Shown piece by piece: positions 25,271 through 33,271 of a DNA stretch of 38,198 bases (position 1 is the first letter of the stretch; every line of letters starts with the position of its first letter). The DNA lies in IMG/VR virus record IMGVR_UViG_3300037722_001041, positions 1 to 38,198 of that record; one strand, 5' to 3'. The notes under the pieces were generated by a model that worked only from the letters and a program-made list of their open reading frames with translations, was not told where the DNA came from and made no database searches. This stretch comes from a virus. Lineage: Duplodnaviria > Caudoviricetes. The position numbers and the translations under genes were made by a program.

Positions 25271-25312
25271 AAGAGAAAACTCTCCCCTGCTGTTGTTGCA
25301 GGCAGGGGAGAG
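25271..25312 (-). terminator. Rho-independent terminator after the MCP
   Basis: 11-bp stem CTCTCCCCTGC/GCAGGGGAGAG followed by TTTTCTCTT. Confidence 0.8.
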
Positions 25313-25326
25313 CTGATTCTATCACG

Positions 25327-26370
25327 TTACACACTGGTCGTGAAGACTGCATTCCGGCGCCTGTCGACGCACAAAAAGTTGTAAGTCAGATCAAGGAACA
25401 CCTGCCACACATTGTGCTGGTTTGGTGCCCTAGTGGCCTCGCTTTCACGCAAGTAATCACCCTTGAGGCAAATTGGGTAAAAAGTGCTGTGGTCGATCAT
25501 GTAGACCGGTCCGTCGCTGCGCGAGTCCAACTTCGGAATCCACACAATCGGGTGCTTGCGGAAGAGCATCTGGCCATCCATCGCAGCGATGTCGCGGCCG
25601 AGGTTCTCGTTCTGTCCTTCGCCAACATCCTCAATCGAAAGGATCACGGACTCGGGGACGTAAATCCGATACCGCTCGCCCATCGCTCCGCGGTAGTCTT
25701 GTTCCGTCACCGGACTCTTGAACCGAATCTTCCGGTGCGCGGTTCGCATCTTCGAGACCAGGTCCGACTTCGTCACACTGGTGTAAACAGCCGTGTAGTT
25801 CTTGAAATTCGGGCTGTCGGTCAGGTTGACGTTACCGATTGTCGTATGGCTACCAGGTAGGCCTCCGTTGAAGCCGGTTGTGGCATTCTCGACAATCCAG
25901 TACTGGATGCTGTAAGGCAGAATCTTGTCAGTCGTGCCCGGCGCCGTACCCCACGCGCGATCTTCCAACTCCTCGACGAGGCCCAGAAGTGCCGCAGCCC
26001 GACGGGGCTTGATGACGTTTAGAATCAGACTCTTGCCGCGGTTCATCAAAATGTCAGTCTGGTAGATCAGGGCCCATGATGTCTGCGCGTGGCGCCACGG
26101 AATCTGAAGCTGATCCAGGACGTCAGGAATGTTCACCTGATCGGTATCCATAAGGCCAACGTGCTTGGCACTGGTGCTGTCCAATTTGGACATCAGCGTG
26201 CGCTGGATACCGATACCGGAATCAAACATCACCTTGTCTTTCTTGAACCACTTCGAAAATACTTCGTAGTAGGGCAAGGATTGAGCAATCTGTTGAAATC
26301 TGAGTGGACCAAGGTCGTACAACGTACTAGCGACTAGGTCGGCAATGTCGGTCGCGGTCAAAGCTGCCAC
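25327..26370 (-). CDS. Major capsid protein (HK97 fold)
   Basis: 347 aa, GTG start with GAAGGA RBS, own promoter and terminator, strong C/G3 codon bias, coat-like C-terminal motifs (YMID...NFLCVDRRRNAV). Confidence 0.85.
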   Translation of the reverse strand: MAALTATDIADLVASTLYDLGPLRFQQIAQSLPYYEVFSKWFKKDKVMFDSGIGIQRTLMSKLDSTSAKHVGLMDTDQVNIPDVLDQLQIPWRHAQTSWALIYQTDILMNRGKSLILNVIKPRRAAALLGLVEELEDRAWGTAPGTTDKILPYSIQYWIVENATTGFNGGLPGSHTTIGNVNLTDSPNFKNYTAVYTSVTKSDLVSKMRTAHRKIRFKSPVTEQDYRGAMGERYRIYVPESVILSIEDVGEGQNENLGRDIAAMDGQMLFRKHPIVWIPKLDSRSDGPVYMIDHSTFYPICLKGDYLRESEATRAPNQHNVWQVFLDLTYNFLCVDRRRNAVFTTSV

Positions 26371-26524
26371 GGAAGTGTTCCTTCAAATTGTATTGTTACC
26401 GCCAATTTGCTTGGCGCAAGGTTAATCAAAAATGACTATCAGCCTTCGACCCGCTACTAGACTTCGGCGACTGCATCGCTCATCGCGGAAAGATCACCGG
26501 CAAACGGGGATAGCTTGTTGTGTA

Positions 26525-26553
26525 ATTATTCAGGTTTTGGCCGAAAAAAGCAA
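26525..26553 (-). promoter_or_regulatory. Putative late promoter, copy 2 (MCP)
   Basis: TTGCTT-N17-AATAAT with ACCTG immediately before the -10. Confidence 0.6.
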
Positions 26554-26562
26554 CAGACATTT

Positions 26563-27399
26563 CTATTGCCCGGTGTACGACGTATTTGAGTACGTGGCAT
26601 CGTTGTAGAAGATACCATTCAAACGTCGCAATCTTGAGCGTCCAAAAGTATCCAACGCTAAATTTCCGTTGTACCCCAGCACATGCGCATTTCTCTGCCG
26701 ATCGCGAACGATGTTTCCTGCCAATTTCTGCAGGAAAACTTGAAAGAGTGGCCCCTGTACACCAATTTTACGCAGCTCGGCAACTGCCATACATGAAGCC
26801 AGGATCCCTGGACCGTGAACTTGCCCGCCCAGTGGGAAAGGTGCGTCCTCCGTCAGTCGCTGCGCGTGGGCTTGGTAGCGAAGAGCCATCCGGTATTGAG
26901 CGTCCGGGGTTGGGTGTAAAACCAAAATTAACGTATGCTTTTCCGTCCCCGCAGAGTCAGCTGGCTCGAGTGCAAAATATTCTGGCGGCGACGTAAACGA
27001 TGTCCTCGCTTGTAGAGCTAAAAGTCGCGAGGGACTGGCGTGCTTCACCGGTGGGAAAGCGTTATCAGTATCGAGATATGCCATATCTCCGATCGGGCGC
27101 TCAAACATTGAGGGTGTTTCGTAGCGGCGTTCATCGGCTTCGGTGGTAAACTCCCATGTCGGGCGCATGAAGGACCATTCGTGCACGTCACCTTCGACAA
27201 TCGTGTACGGTGGTTGCAGCGGCGGAGGAAAATAGTACGACCTTAAACCTTCGTCGATAACCTCTTGAACAGTTTGCTCGGTCTCATCATTCCAATCTGC
27301 GTGGTTGATGCCAAAGCCGAGATATCCACCGATTTGCCGGCGTAAATAATGATAATCAATCTCGAGCGAATCAGCGCGGTTTGCAATTGGCCAAGGCAT
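26563..27399 (-). CDS. Second head-tail adaptor/ring protein (paralog of 19003-19707)
   Basis: Shared LRR...LG...W, YxPP, EWSFMR, PTP, PxGG, AVAE, GPL motifs in the same order. Confidence 0.75.
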   Translation of the reverse strand: MPWPIANRADSLEIDYHYLRRQIGGYLGFGINHADWNDETEQTVQEVIDEGLRSYYFPPPLQPPYTIVEGDVHEWSFMRPTWEFTTEADERRYETPSMFERPIGDMAYLDTDNAFPPVKHASPSRLLALQARTSFTSPPEYFALEPADSAGTEKHTLILVLHPTPDAQYRMALRYQAHAQRLTEDAPFPLGGQVHGPGILASCMAVAELRKIGVQGPLFQVFLQKLAGNIVRDRQRNAHVLGYNGNLALDTFGRSRLRRLNGIFYNDATYSNTSYTGQ

Positions 27400-27411
27400 G
27401 TTCGCACTTTC

Positions 27412-28158
27412 CTACGTAATGGTTGTCCAGGACAGGCCCCACTTCGTCCCTAAGGCACTGCCGATTTCATTCTTTTCTGTCGTTGTTAGCACTCGATTGA
27501 ATCTTGCGTACTCGCCGATGCTCCCGTCCGTAGCTTGTGTGCCTGTGGCCAGAGAGAGCAACGTTACCGCAGAATCCGTCCCCGTCCCGGCGTTTCCCGA
27601 AGCGACCGCTGCGCCGCCGTTGACGTAAAGCAACGATGCAGTCGAATTAAACTCGGCCAACCAGATCTCGAGCGTGTTCGCGGTGTATGCGCCGTCAGCG
27701 AGTTGCGTGCCCGCACGCATAAATCTCGCATCGGCGGCGGTAATCCCTAGTCGACTCTGCGAGGCACCGGAGAAGTGCCGAACCGTGCTGCCTTCAGGCG
27801 CTTTCACAACAATGAAAATCGTCTTCGGATCCGGCGATAAAAGTGCGCCAGTGGCCAAAAACGCAACTGCGTTGCCTTGAATCCCCGTTAGACTCCCAGT
27901 CAGCGTCGTTACGGCGGGTTGCAGCGACGTATTGGCCTGTACTGCGTGATTATCATTTCCTGTCTGATCTTTAACAGAGGTCACCAAGCTATTGACGACC
28001 GTCATGTGGTTTTCGGTGTTGGCCGATACGTCATATCGAAACACGAGACCGGGATAATCACCCCACGAGAACCCTGGACCACCACCGTCCGCACCGCCTT
28101 GCGGGTTGATCGCCGAGAGGCCGCTTAGACCGGATGCGAGTGGCTTGGTTAGAGACAT
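27412..28158 (-). CDS. Lectin/concanavalin-like virion protein (248 aa)
   Basis: KDQTGNDNHAVQA...QP, TIFIVVK, LYVNG, FNRVLT...KWG motifs. Confidence 0.6.
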   Translation of the reverse strand: MSLTKPLASGLSGLSAINPQGGADGGGPGFSWGDYPGLVFRYDVSANTENHMTVVNSLVTSVKDQTGNDNHAVQANTSLQPAVTTLTGSLTGIQGNAVAFLATGALLSPDPKTIFIVVKAPEGSTVRHFSGASQSRLGITAADARFMRAGTQLADGAYTANTLEIWLAEFNSTASLLYVNGGAAVASGNAGTGTDSAVTLLSLATGTQATDGSIGEYARFNRVLTTTEKNEIGSALGTKWGLSWTTIT

Positions 28159-28161
28159 CGT

Positions 28162-28497
28162 CTATCTTTTTTGCACCGTTAATTTTTTTGTGGCAGTGCC
28201 ATCGAGCAATGTAATGGTGACCTCAGCGCTGATAGGCGCAACCATTCCGCGATCCCCAAACACAAGTTGGCCAGGGCCGCTGGTTGTAATGTCCACCGCG
28301 AGCAACGTTGTATTATTAGTGGAGTCTAAGATTGTCAAACCACCGCTGGTTGGCGCAGTTGCATAAGACCACGTAACCCAATCCAACACATTGTACTCGT
28401 TTGCAACTGCGTTGACAGTGACAACTGAATTTGAACCGCTCGCAGCAGTGTTGTAATCGGTATCCTGTACCGACATTGTATCTGGAAGACCACGCAT
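28162..28497 (-). CDS. Small beta-rich virion protein (111 aa), copy B
   Basis: About 61% identical (68/111 by manual count, gap-free) to 31379-31714. Confidence 0.75.
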   Translation of the reverse strand: MRGLPDTMSVQDTDYNTAASGSNSVVTVNAVANEYNVLDWVTWSYATAPTSGGLTILDSTNNTTLLAVDITTSGPGQLVFGDRGMVAPISAEVTITLLDGTATKKLTVQKR

Positions 28498-28498
28498 T

Positions 28499-29560
28499 TT
28501 ATTTCATTCTCCACAAAGCCCTGCGTAGCAGGAATTGATACTTTCTCAACTGAGCACCGCTGAAATTTAAGTTGGCCGATTTTCCACTGATCAAATATGT
28601 ACCAGATCCTGCGGAAAGCAATCGACCAAATTTAGGAGTAGCGGCAGTTCCGGTAATTGAAAAAGATCCTGAGTTTGCAGTAAGCTTGCGACCGAACAAT
28701 ACACCAGCCGCGGAGCCAGTTACACTAAACGAGCCTGAGCCGGCAGAAAGCAAACGACCAAATTTTAAGGTTGCGGCGGTGCCCGTTAATGAATATGAAC
28801 CTGATCCGGCCACAATGCTAAAAGCACCGGCTGCAGCATTTCGTTTTAATACTTTCCGCTGCGGCAGAAGGATCCCCGTCGGATTGCTGTAGAGGTCCCA
28901 GACTTCGCCGGCCGTGAGGGCGCGGTTATAAACACGGACATCCGAGATGGCGCCTAGAAATGTTTGGGCTCCACCAACACCGGCCCCGATGGCCGTTGTG
29001 CCACTCGTATTGGAGGTTGTTCTTGTTACGTTGCCAGTAATCGGTACGCCGTCTAGGTAGGCCGCGACAGATGCACTTCCAAAATGCACCCCGACTAAGT
29101 GATGCCAATTTGTGGTATCAGTGAATGCCACTGAACCATTGTGGCCAGTGCCATTGTAAAGTGTGTATCCGATCTCATTTGTTTGAATCCAAAGATTGTG
29201 TGAGTCATTTGTGGATGAACGCTGAGAAAACAGCCTCTCTGACCGTCCTGCGGTCGTCGATTTAAACCAAAGACTAACCGTATATGCGGCCGTGAGTGCG
29301 TTTGGAATTACGAATGAACGAAGACCCACCCAGTCGTTTGATCCATCAAAATCCAGCGCCGTCCCGTGATGGCCCCCGATCCAATCCTCTGGCGGGTTCA
29401 TAGTAGTCAGATCGCCATTATTGCGGTACAATGACGAGTCAAAGCAAAGATTGCTGCCTGGACGCTGACCGGCAAACCAAAAAATGAGCCCGCAACCTTG
29501 ACCATCGTGATCAATATCGCCGTCGTCGAAATCTTCAGGAAATATCTCGTAGAATGCCAT
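28499..29560 (-). CDS. LamG/concanavalin A-like domain protein with C-terminal beta repeats
   Basis: ALDFDGSND, YTVSLWFK, WHHLVGV, YLDG, FLGAISDVRVYNRAL; four GSGS(Y/F)xxTG...FGRxL repeats. Confidence 0.85.
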   Translation of the reverse strand: MAFYEIFPEDFDDGDIDHDGQGCGLIFWFAGQRPGSNLCFDSSLYRNNGDLTTMNPPEDWIGGHHGTALDFDGSNDWVGLRSFVIPNALTAAYTVSLWFKSTTAGRSERLFSQRSSTNDSHNLWIQTNEIGYTLYNGTGHNGSVAFTDTTNWHHLVGVHFGSASVAAYLDGVPITGNVTRTTSNTSGTTAIGAGVGGAQTFLGAISDVRVYNRALTAGEVWDLYSNPTGILLPQRKVLKRNAAAGAFSIVAGSGSYSLTGTAATLKFGRLLSAGSGSFSVTGSAAGVLFGRKLTANSGSFSITGTAATPKFGRLLSAGSGTYLISGKSANLNFSGAQLRKYQFLLRRALWRMK

Positions 29561-29565
29561 CGATA

Positions 29566-30126
29566 CTAAGAGGCTGCCACGTCATCAACGTTCGGAATTA
29601 AAGCCACATACATCTCGACCGCGTCAGCGATGAATGCTTGGCCGCAATCATTTTTGACCACAATCTGGCCATAACGCGACGGCGGAAAAAACCGGCTACG
29701 AAGAAGAGCAACCTGCGGTATTGCATCGGCAGTCATTGCCATTGCCCCTAGAAATATCAGTTGACGTTTGAACTCATCGACGTCTGCCTCGGCGCCGCCG
29801 CCAGGCGCCCATGCGGCGTCCGCACCCGTCACCGACGTGCCACCATCGTTGCCTGTCCCCGCCGTAGTCACAAAAGACGAAGACCAGTAAAATTCCACAC
29901 GATTCCCGGCTGTTGGCGCTACACCAGGTTCAATGCACGCTTTAACGGCATAGCTTCCAGCCCTGTTAGCAGTCAAATCGGCCTTTGCGCCTTGTCTCGC
30001 GGCGCCATCAGCAATGCTTGTAAGATCAATTTGATGAGTCCTTGTGATACCACTAGCCGTGCTGCTGTAGTCAGTAGTGTCCGCCCAACAAATAGGCGTA
30101 CCCATTTCAACTGTTACGTCTGCCAT
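29566..30126 (-). CDS. Hypothetical virion jelly-roll-like protein (186 aa)
   Basis: Beta-rich; coupled to the LamG gene. Confidence 0.65.
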   Translation of the reverse strand: MADVTVEMGTPICWADTTDYSSTASGITRTHQIDLTSIADGAARQGAKADLTANRAGSYAVKACIEPGVAPTAGNRVEFYWSSSFVTTAGTGNDGGTSVTGADAAWAPGGGAEADVDEFKRQLIFLGAMAMTADAIPQVALLRSRFFPPSRYGQIVVKNDCGQAFIADAVEMYVALIPNVDDVAAS

Positions 30127-30428
30127 TATACAATCCCTCCGGTAACTAAAGCTTCAACAGCAGTATTGACTTGTGTTTGCATTGCTGAATCAGATGCGCC
30201 GCTAATTTGGGAAACGGTCAAATCTTTATTGGCCGCCAGCACGTAGTTCATTAGTTCGTCTGCTTCGCTCAGAGGATTGGCGAATGTATTTTCAGCCCAC
30301 GTTAACTGATTCAACGTGGGCGTTGCTCCGCTGACATACGCCTGTGCTTTGATGACAGCGGCTACGGCGAGTTTATTTCGCAGTGCGGTATTTGTCCGCA
30401 GATTAAATAATTCTTCATACGTTGCCAT
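30126..30428 (-). CDS. Hypothetical helical protein (100 aa)
   Basis: AAGGA RBS before ATG 30428; TAATG overlap with the next gene. Confidence 0.65.
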   Translation of the reverse strand: MATYEELFNLRTNTALRNKLAVAAVIKAQAYVSGATPTLNQLTWAENTFANPLSEADELMNYVLAANKDLTVSQISGASDSAMQTQVNTAVEALVTGGIV

Positions 30429-30450
30429 CTGTCTGTATCCTTTTTGTCTG

Positions 30451-30645
30451 CTAACCTCGGCTATACAAATTGCCGGCTTCAGCCCGCATCCAATGGTGTT
30501 TCTTGCCACATACGGAACACTTCCGAATGGCCGTAAATTCTTGTTCATCCACAACTGTTGAGTTACCGAGGTCACGACAACATGTGTCAACATTTGGTTG
30601 TTTGCACAACGCATTCTCCCATCGCAAAAGCGAATAAAAATCCAT
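30451..30645 (-). CDS. Small Zn-ribbon-like protein (64 aa)
   Basis: CC...CSVCGKKHH; fills the gap. Confidence 0.55.
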   Translation of the reverse strand: MDFYSLLRWENALCKQPNVDTCCRDLGNSTVVDEQEFTAIRKCSVCGKKHHWMRAEAGNLYSRG

Positions 30646-30649
30646 GGCA

Positions 30650-30937
30650 TTATTTTCCAGTTAAGAAATTCCAAGTTTTCCTAATCCATGTTGGTCTATC
30701 TGCCTCGGCCTCATTGGTAGCCCTGATTGCCCGAACATCCATCAGTAATGACCACACTTCATCCACAACGCGATCAGGATATCTTGGGCAATCGAAAGCC
30801 CCGGACGGAACCATTTTTTCAGCGTAAAAAGTTCCGCTACTGACAAAAATCTTGTGTTCTTCTACGCCTGGCGGCGGTTGGTCAATGGAGAATCGTTCAT
30901 CTTGACCGAGCGAAGACACCAAAATCTCATAGATCAT
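30650..30937 (-). CDS. Hypothetical protein (95 aa)
   Basis: AGGGA before ATG 30937; fills the gap. Confidence 0.5.
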   Translation of the reverse strand: MIYEILVSSLGQDERFSIDQPPPGVEEHKIFVSSGTFYAEKMVPSGAFDCPRYPDRVVDEVWSLLMDVRAIRATNEAEADRPTWIRKTWNFLTGK

Positions 30938-30948
30938 GAGTTCATCCC

Positions 30949-31374
30949 TTAAGCCAATGTAAGAACACTCGCACCAAAATCGACTGTAAACGTCTCGGAC
31001 GCGGCAGGGGTTACTTCGCTCCCGTAATCCCACCAACCAATCAATGGATCGACCGGCGAAACGGGAGTGTCGTTGTACAGAACAATGTATCTCAATGGAC
31101 CAAATGTTCCGCCGGATGCTGTCCAAACAACATCCGTTCCCACTAGGGTTGCTGTACCGCCGGTTTCCGACCAATCATTGGCAATATCAGTCCCCCCGGA
31201 CGGGTATCCGTTTTCCACCGTTATTTCCGCCAGATCTGCTTTAACGGTATCCAAGGAAGCGCTTGGTGTGGCGTTAGACGCATAGACCTTTAAAGTATGA
31301 CCAGCAGCCTGTAGTTGATGCGTTCCAAGGCCTAACTGCTCAGCAAAGTCGTTGAATTTATTAAATGCAACCAT
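30949..31374 (-). CDS. Phage fibre/structural module protein (141 aa)
   Basis: FNKFNDF...EIT..NGY..GG...RYIVLYNDT...LIGWWDYG...ETFTVDF; a pattern I recognise from phage structural modules. Confidence 0.7.
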   Translation of the reverse strand: MVAFNKFNDFAEQLGLGTHQLQAAGHTLKVYASNATPSASLDTVKADLAEITVENGYPSGGTDIANDWSETGGTATLVGTDVVWTASGGTFGPLRYIVLYNDTPVSPVDPLIGWWDYGSEVTPAASETFTVDFGASVLTLA

Positions 31375-31378
31375 GACG

Positions 31379-31714
31379 CTACCTATATTGAACAGTGAGA
31401 TGTTTGCCTGCACCGCCATCAGCAAGAGTGAATGTAGTGATCGTGTTCTGCGGTGTAACCATGCCACGTTCACTAAAAAAAGTGCCGCCGGGTCCATCAG
31501 TAGTAATAGACCATTTTGCCAAAGTCGTATTGTTTGTTGTATCCGTAACTGTTAAGCTACCAGACGTCGGTGTTGCATCATACGACCAGATGATCCAATC
31601 AAGTACATTGTAGCCGTCGGCAGGTGCAGCAAGCGTTACTACTGAATCTGCACCACTGGCTGCAGTATTGTAACTCGTAGCTTGCTTCGCCGCTGTGTCT
31701 GGCAATCCTCGCAT
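31379..31714 (-). CDS. Small beta-rich virion protein (111 aa), copy A
   Basis: AAGGAG RBS; paralog of 28162-28497. Confidence 0.75.
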   Translation of the reverse strand: MRGLPDTAAKQATSYNTAASGADSVVTLAAPADGYNVLDWIIWSYDATPTSGSLTVTDTTNNTTLAKWSITTDGPGGTFFSERGMVTPQNTITTFTLADGGAGKHLTVQYR

Positions 31715-31726
31715 TGCATTTCTCCT

Positions 31727-32857
31727 TTAGATAACCTCAAGTTCGCCGGCGTCCTGGTCGATTGTGGCGCGATTTTTCTTGAAGAAATTCTCCGCAGCGT
31801 GAATCGCCCGCTCCTCTCCGGTCATCTGTTTGCTGCGACGATGAGTCGGTCGCTCTGTGACCAGCCTCTGCCGCTTTGTAGCATCCGCAATAACTCCGCG
31901 GCGAACCGACTTCTCTTGAGCCTCTGGAAATGCCACTCGGAGAGCACGCGACAACAAATCTTTCCGCCCAAGATCTGGCTGATTGTAGACGCGGCGGCCT
32001 GCCTCCATTTGCGACGCTATGCGGTCCAAATGAACTCGATTCTGTAGAGCAAGGCTATTGACTGGCAAGGAGTACCCGTCCCCGGATCCGAAAATAGGTT
32101 TCCACGTATCTCCTAATTCTGACACGAATCCGTCAAATTCTTGAACATAACGCTGCTGTTGATCAACTTGCGTTTGCCGCGATATTGATGCCAAAGCTTC
32201 GGCATGTTGTTGCAAAGCCTTATCTCGCTCTGCCAGCTGCTGCTGGAATCGCTTACTAATTTCCACCGCGACTTGGCGAGTATCTTCGTCCCAATCTTTG
32301 CCAAAGTCATCTTCAAGGAAACCAGGCTTTTCTTTGCTTCCTGCCTCAACCTGTCGCTCTGGGGCAGCAGGAATTACTGCCGGTGGCATATACTGATAAG
32401 GCTGTCCCGCTTGAACAAAACGTGCGTCCATGGATCGCACTTGAATTTCGAGCGCTTCGGGAGTTAGAAATTGTTCCTTTGCCTCACTGGCCGTGAGCCC
32501 AGCGGCATTGAGCAAGTCAGCCGGAAATTCCGGAACACTGACTTTCGCAGCTGCTGATCCATCATCATCATCATCGCCTGCGGCAGCTGGAACCGCCGAG
32601 GCATCTGCATCATCGTCCCCGCCACCATCCGCCTGATCTTGAGCCACATCGTCTGCGACAGGCGGCTCTGAGTCATCCTCCTGCGCGGTAGGCGGAGCAC
32701 CGGCGCGGGCTAGAACTTCTGGTGCAAACGTACCTTCCGTGTCATCGTATTGAGACGCATCTGTCTCCGGCGCAAATTCCGGTTGCGGCAGCGGCTTGAT
32801 GGCATCGGTATTCGTCGTTCCGAAAGCGTTGTCCTTGCTTTTTTTGGCTTTGGCCAC
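31727..32857 (-). CDS. Putative capsid scaffolding protein
   Basis: Very acidic disordered N-terminus, coiled coil, basic C-terminus; GTG 32857 preceded by AGGAGA; lies between portal and MCP. Confidence 0.65.
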   Translation of the reverse strand: MAKAKKSKDNAFGTTNTDAIKPLPQPEFAPETDASQYDDTEGTFAPEVLARAGAPPTAQEDDSEPPVADDVAQDQADGGGDDDADASAVPAAAGDDDDDGSAAAKVSVPEFPADLLNAAGLTASEAKEQFLTPEALEIQVRSMDARFVQAGQPYQYMPPAVIPAAPERQVEAGSKEKPGFLEDDFGKDWDEDTRQVAVEISKRFQQQLAERDKALQQHAEALASISRQTQVDQQQRYVQEFDGFVSELGDTWKPIFGSGDGYSLPVNSLALQNRVHLDRIASQMEAGRRVYNQPDLGRKDLLSRALRVAFPEAQEKSVRRGVIADATKRQRLVTERPTHRRSKQMTGEERAIHAAENFFKKNRATIDQDAGELEVI

Positions 32858-32870
32858 ACTTATCTCCTGG

Positions 32871-33269
32871 TTAAATAGCGAATTCGTCGCGTTCAATAGC
32901 GCGACGCAATGCAGTCCTTGCCTCTACTTGCTGTCTTCCTGAAAGGATCTGCTTCCCTTCGTGGTCCCGCACACAAAATCCATCTCTCCCATCCCACATC
33001 CCTGATGCTTTCGCAATCTCGCGAAATTGCTTGTCACTCGTTACAAGACATCGACCTTCACTATCAAAATCGGCAGCCACTCCGTTGGATCGCAAATGGG
33101 CCATTGCCTTTGGCACATCAGCTGGGTCCACACCAAGCGCGTCACTGGGATGCGGTTTTACCCAAGCCCCGGCAGACCTCAAGACATAAACATTTTCATG
33201 AGTTGATGCTTTTGGGCACGTTGTTAAATGTGCTTTAATCATTTGCCGGATGTCATCAGTCAACTTCAT
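32871..33269 (-). CDS. Hypothetical protein (132 aa)
   Basis: Between portal and scaffold; SDALGVDP motif; GGAG RBS. Confidence 0.65.
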   Translation of the reverse strand: MKLTDDIRQMIKAHLTTCPKASTHENVYVLRSAGAWVKPHPSDALGVDPADVPKAMAHLRSNGVAADFDSEGRCLVTSDKQFREIAKASGMWDGRDGFCVRDHEGKQILSGRQQVEARTALRRAIERDEFAI

Positions 33270-33271
33270 AC

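Noticed and set aside
26455-26490. Hammerhead ribozyme or glycine riboswitch in the MCP leader
   Set aside because: It has CGAUGA/CCGAAG rather than CUGAUGA/GAAA, and lacks the glycine aptamer CUCUCAGG segment.
28162-31714. DGR template/variable repeat or invertible shufflon
   Set aside because: Differences between the paralogs are mainly synonymous and not adenine-specific; no reverse transcriptase, invertase or inverted repeats in the window.
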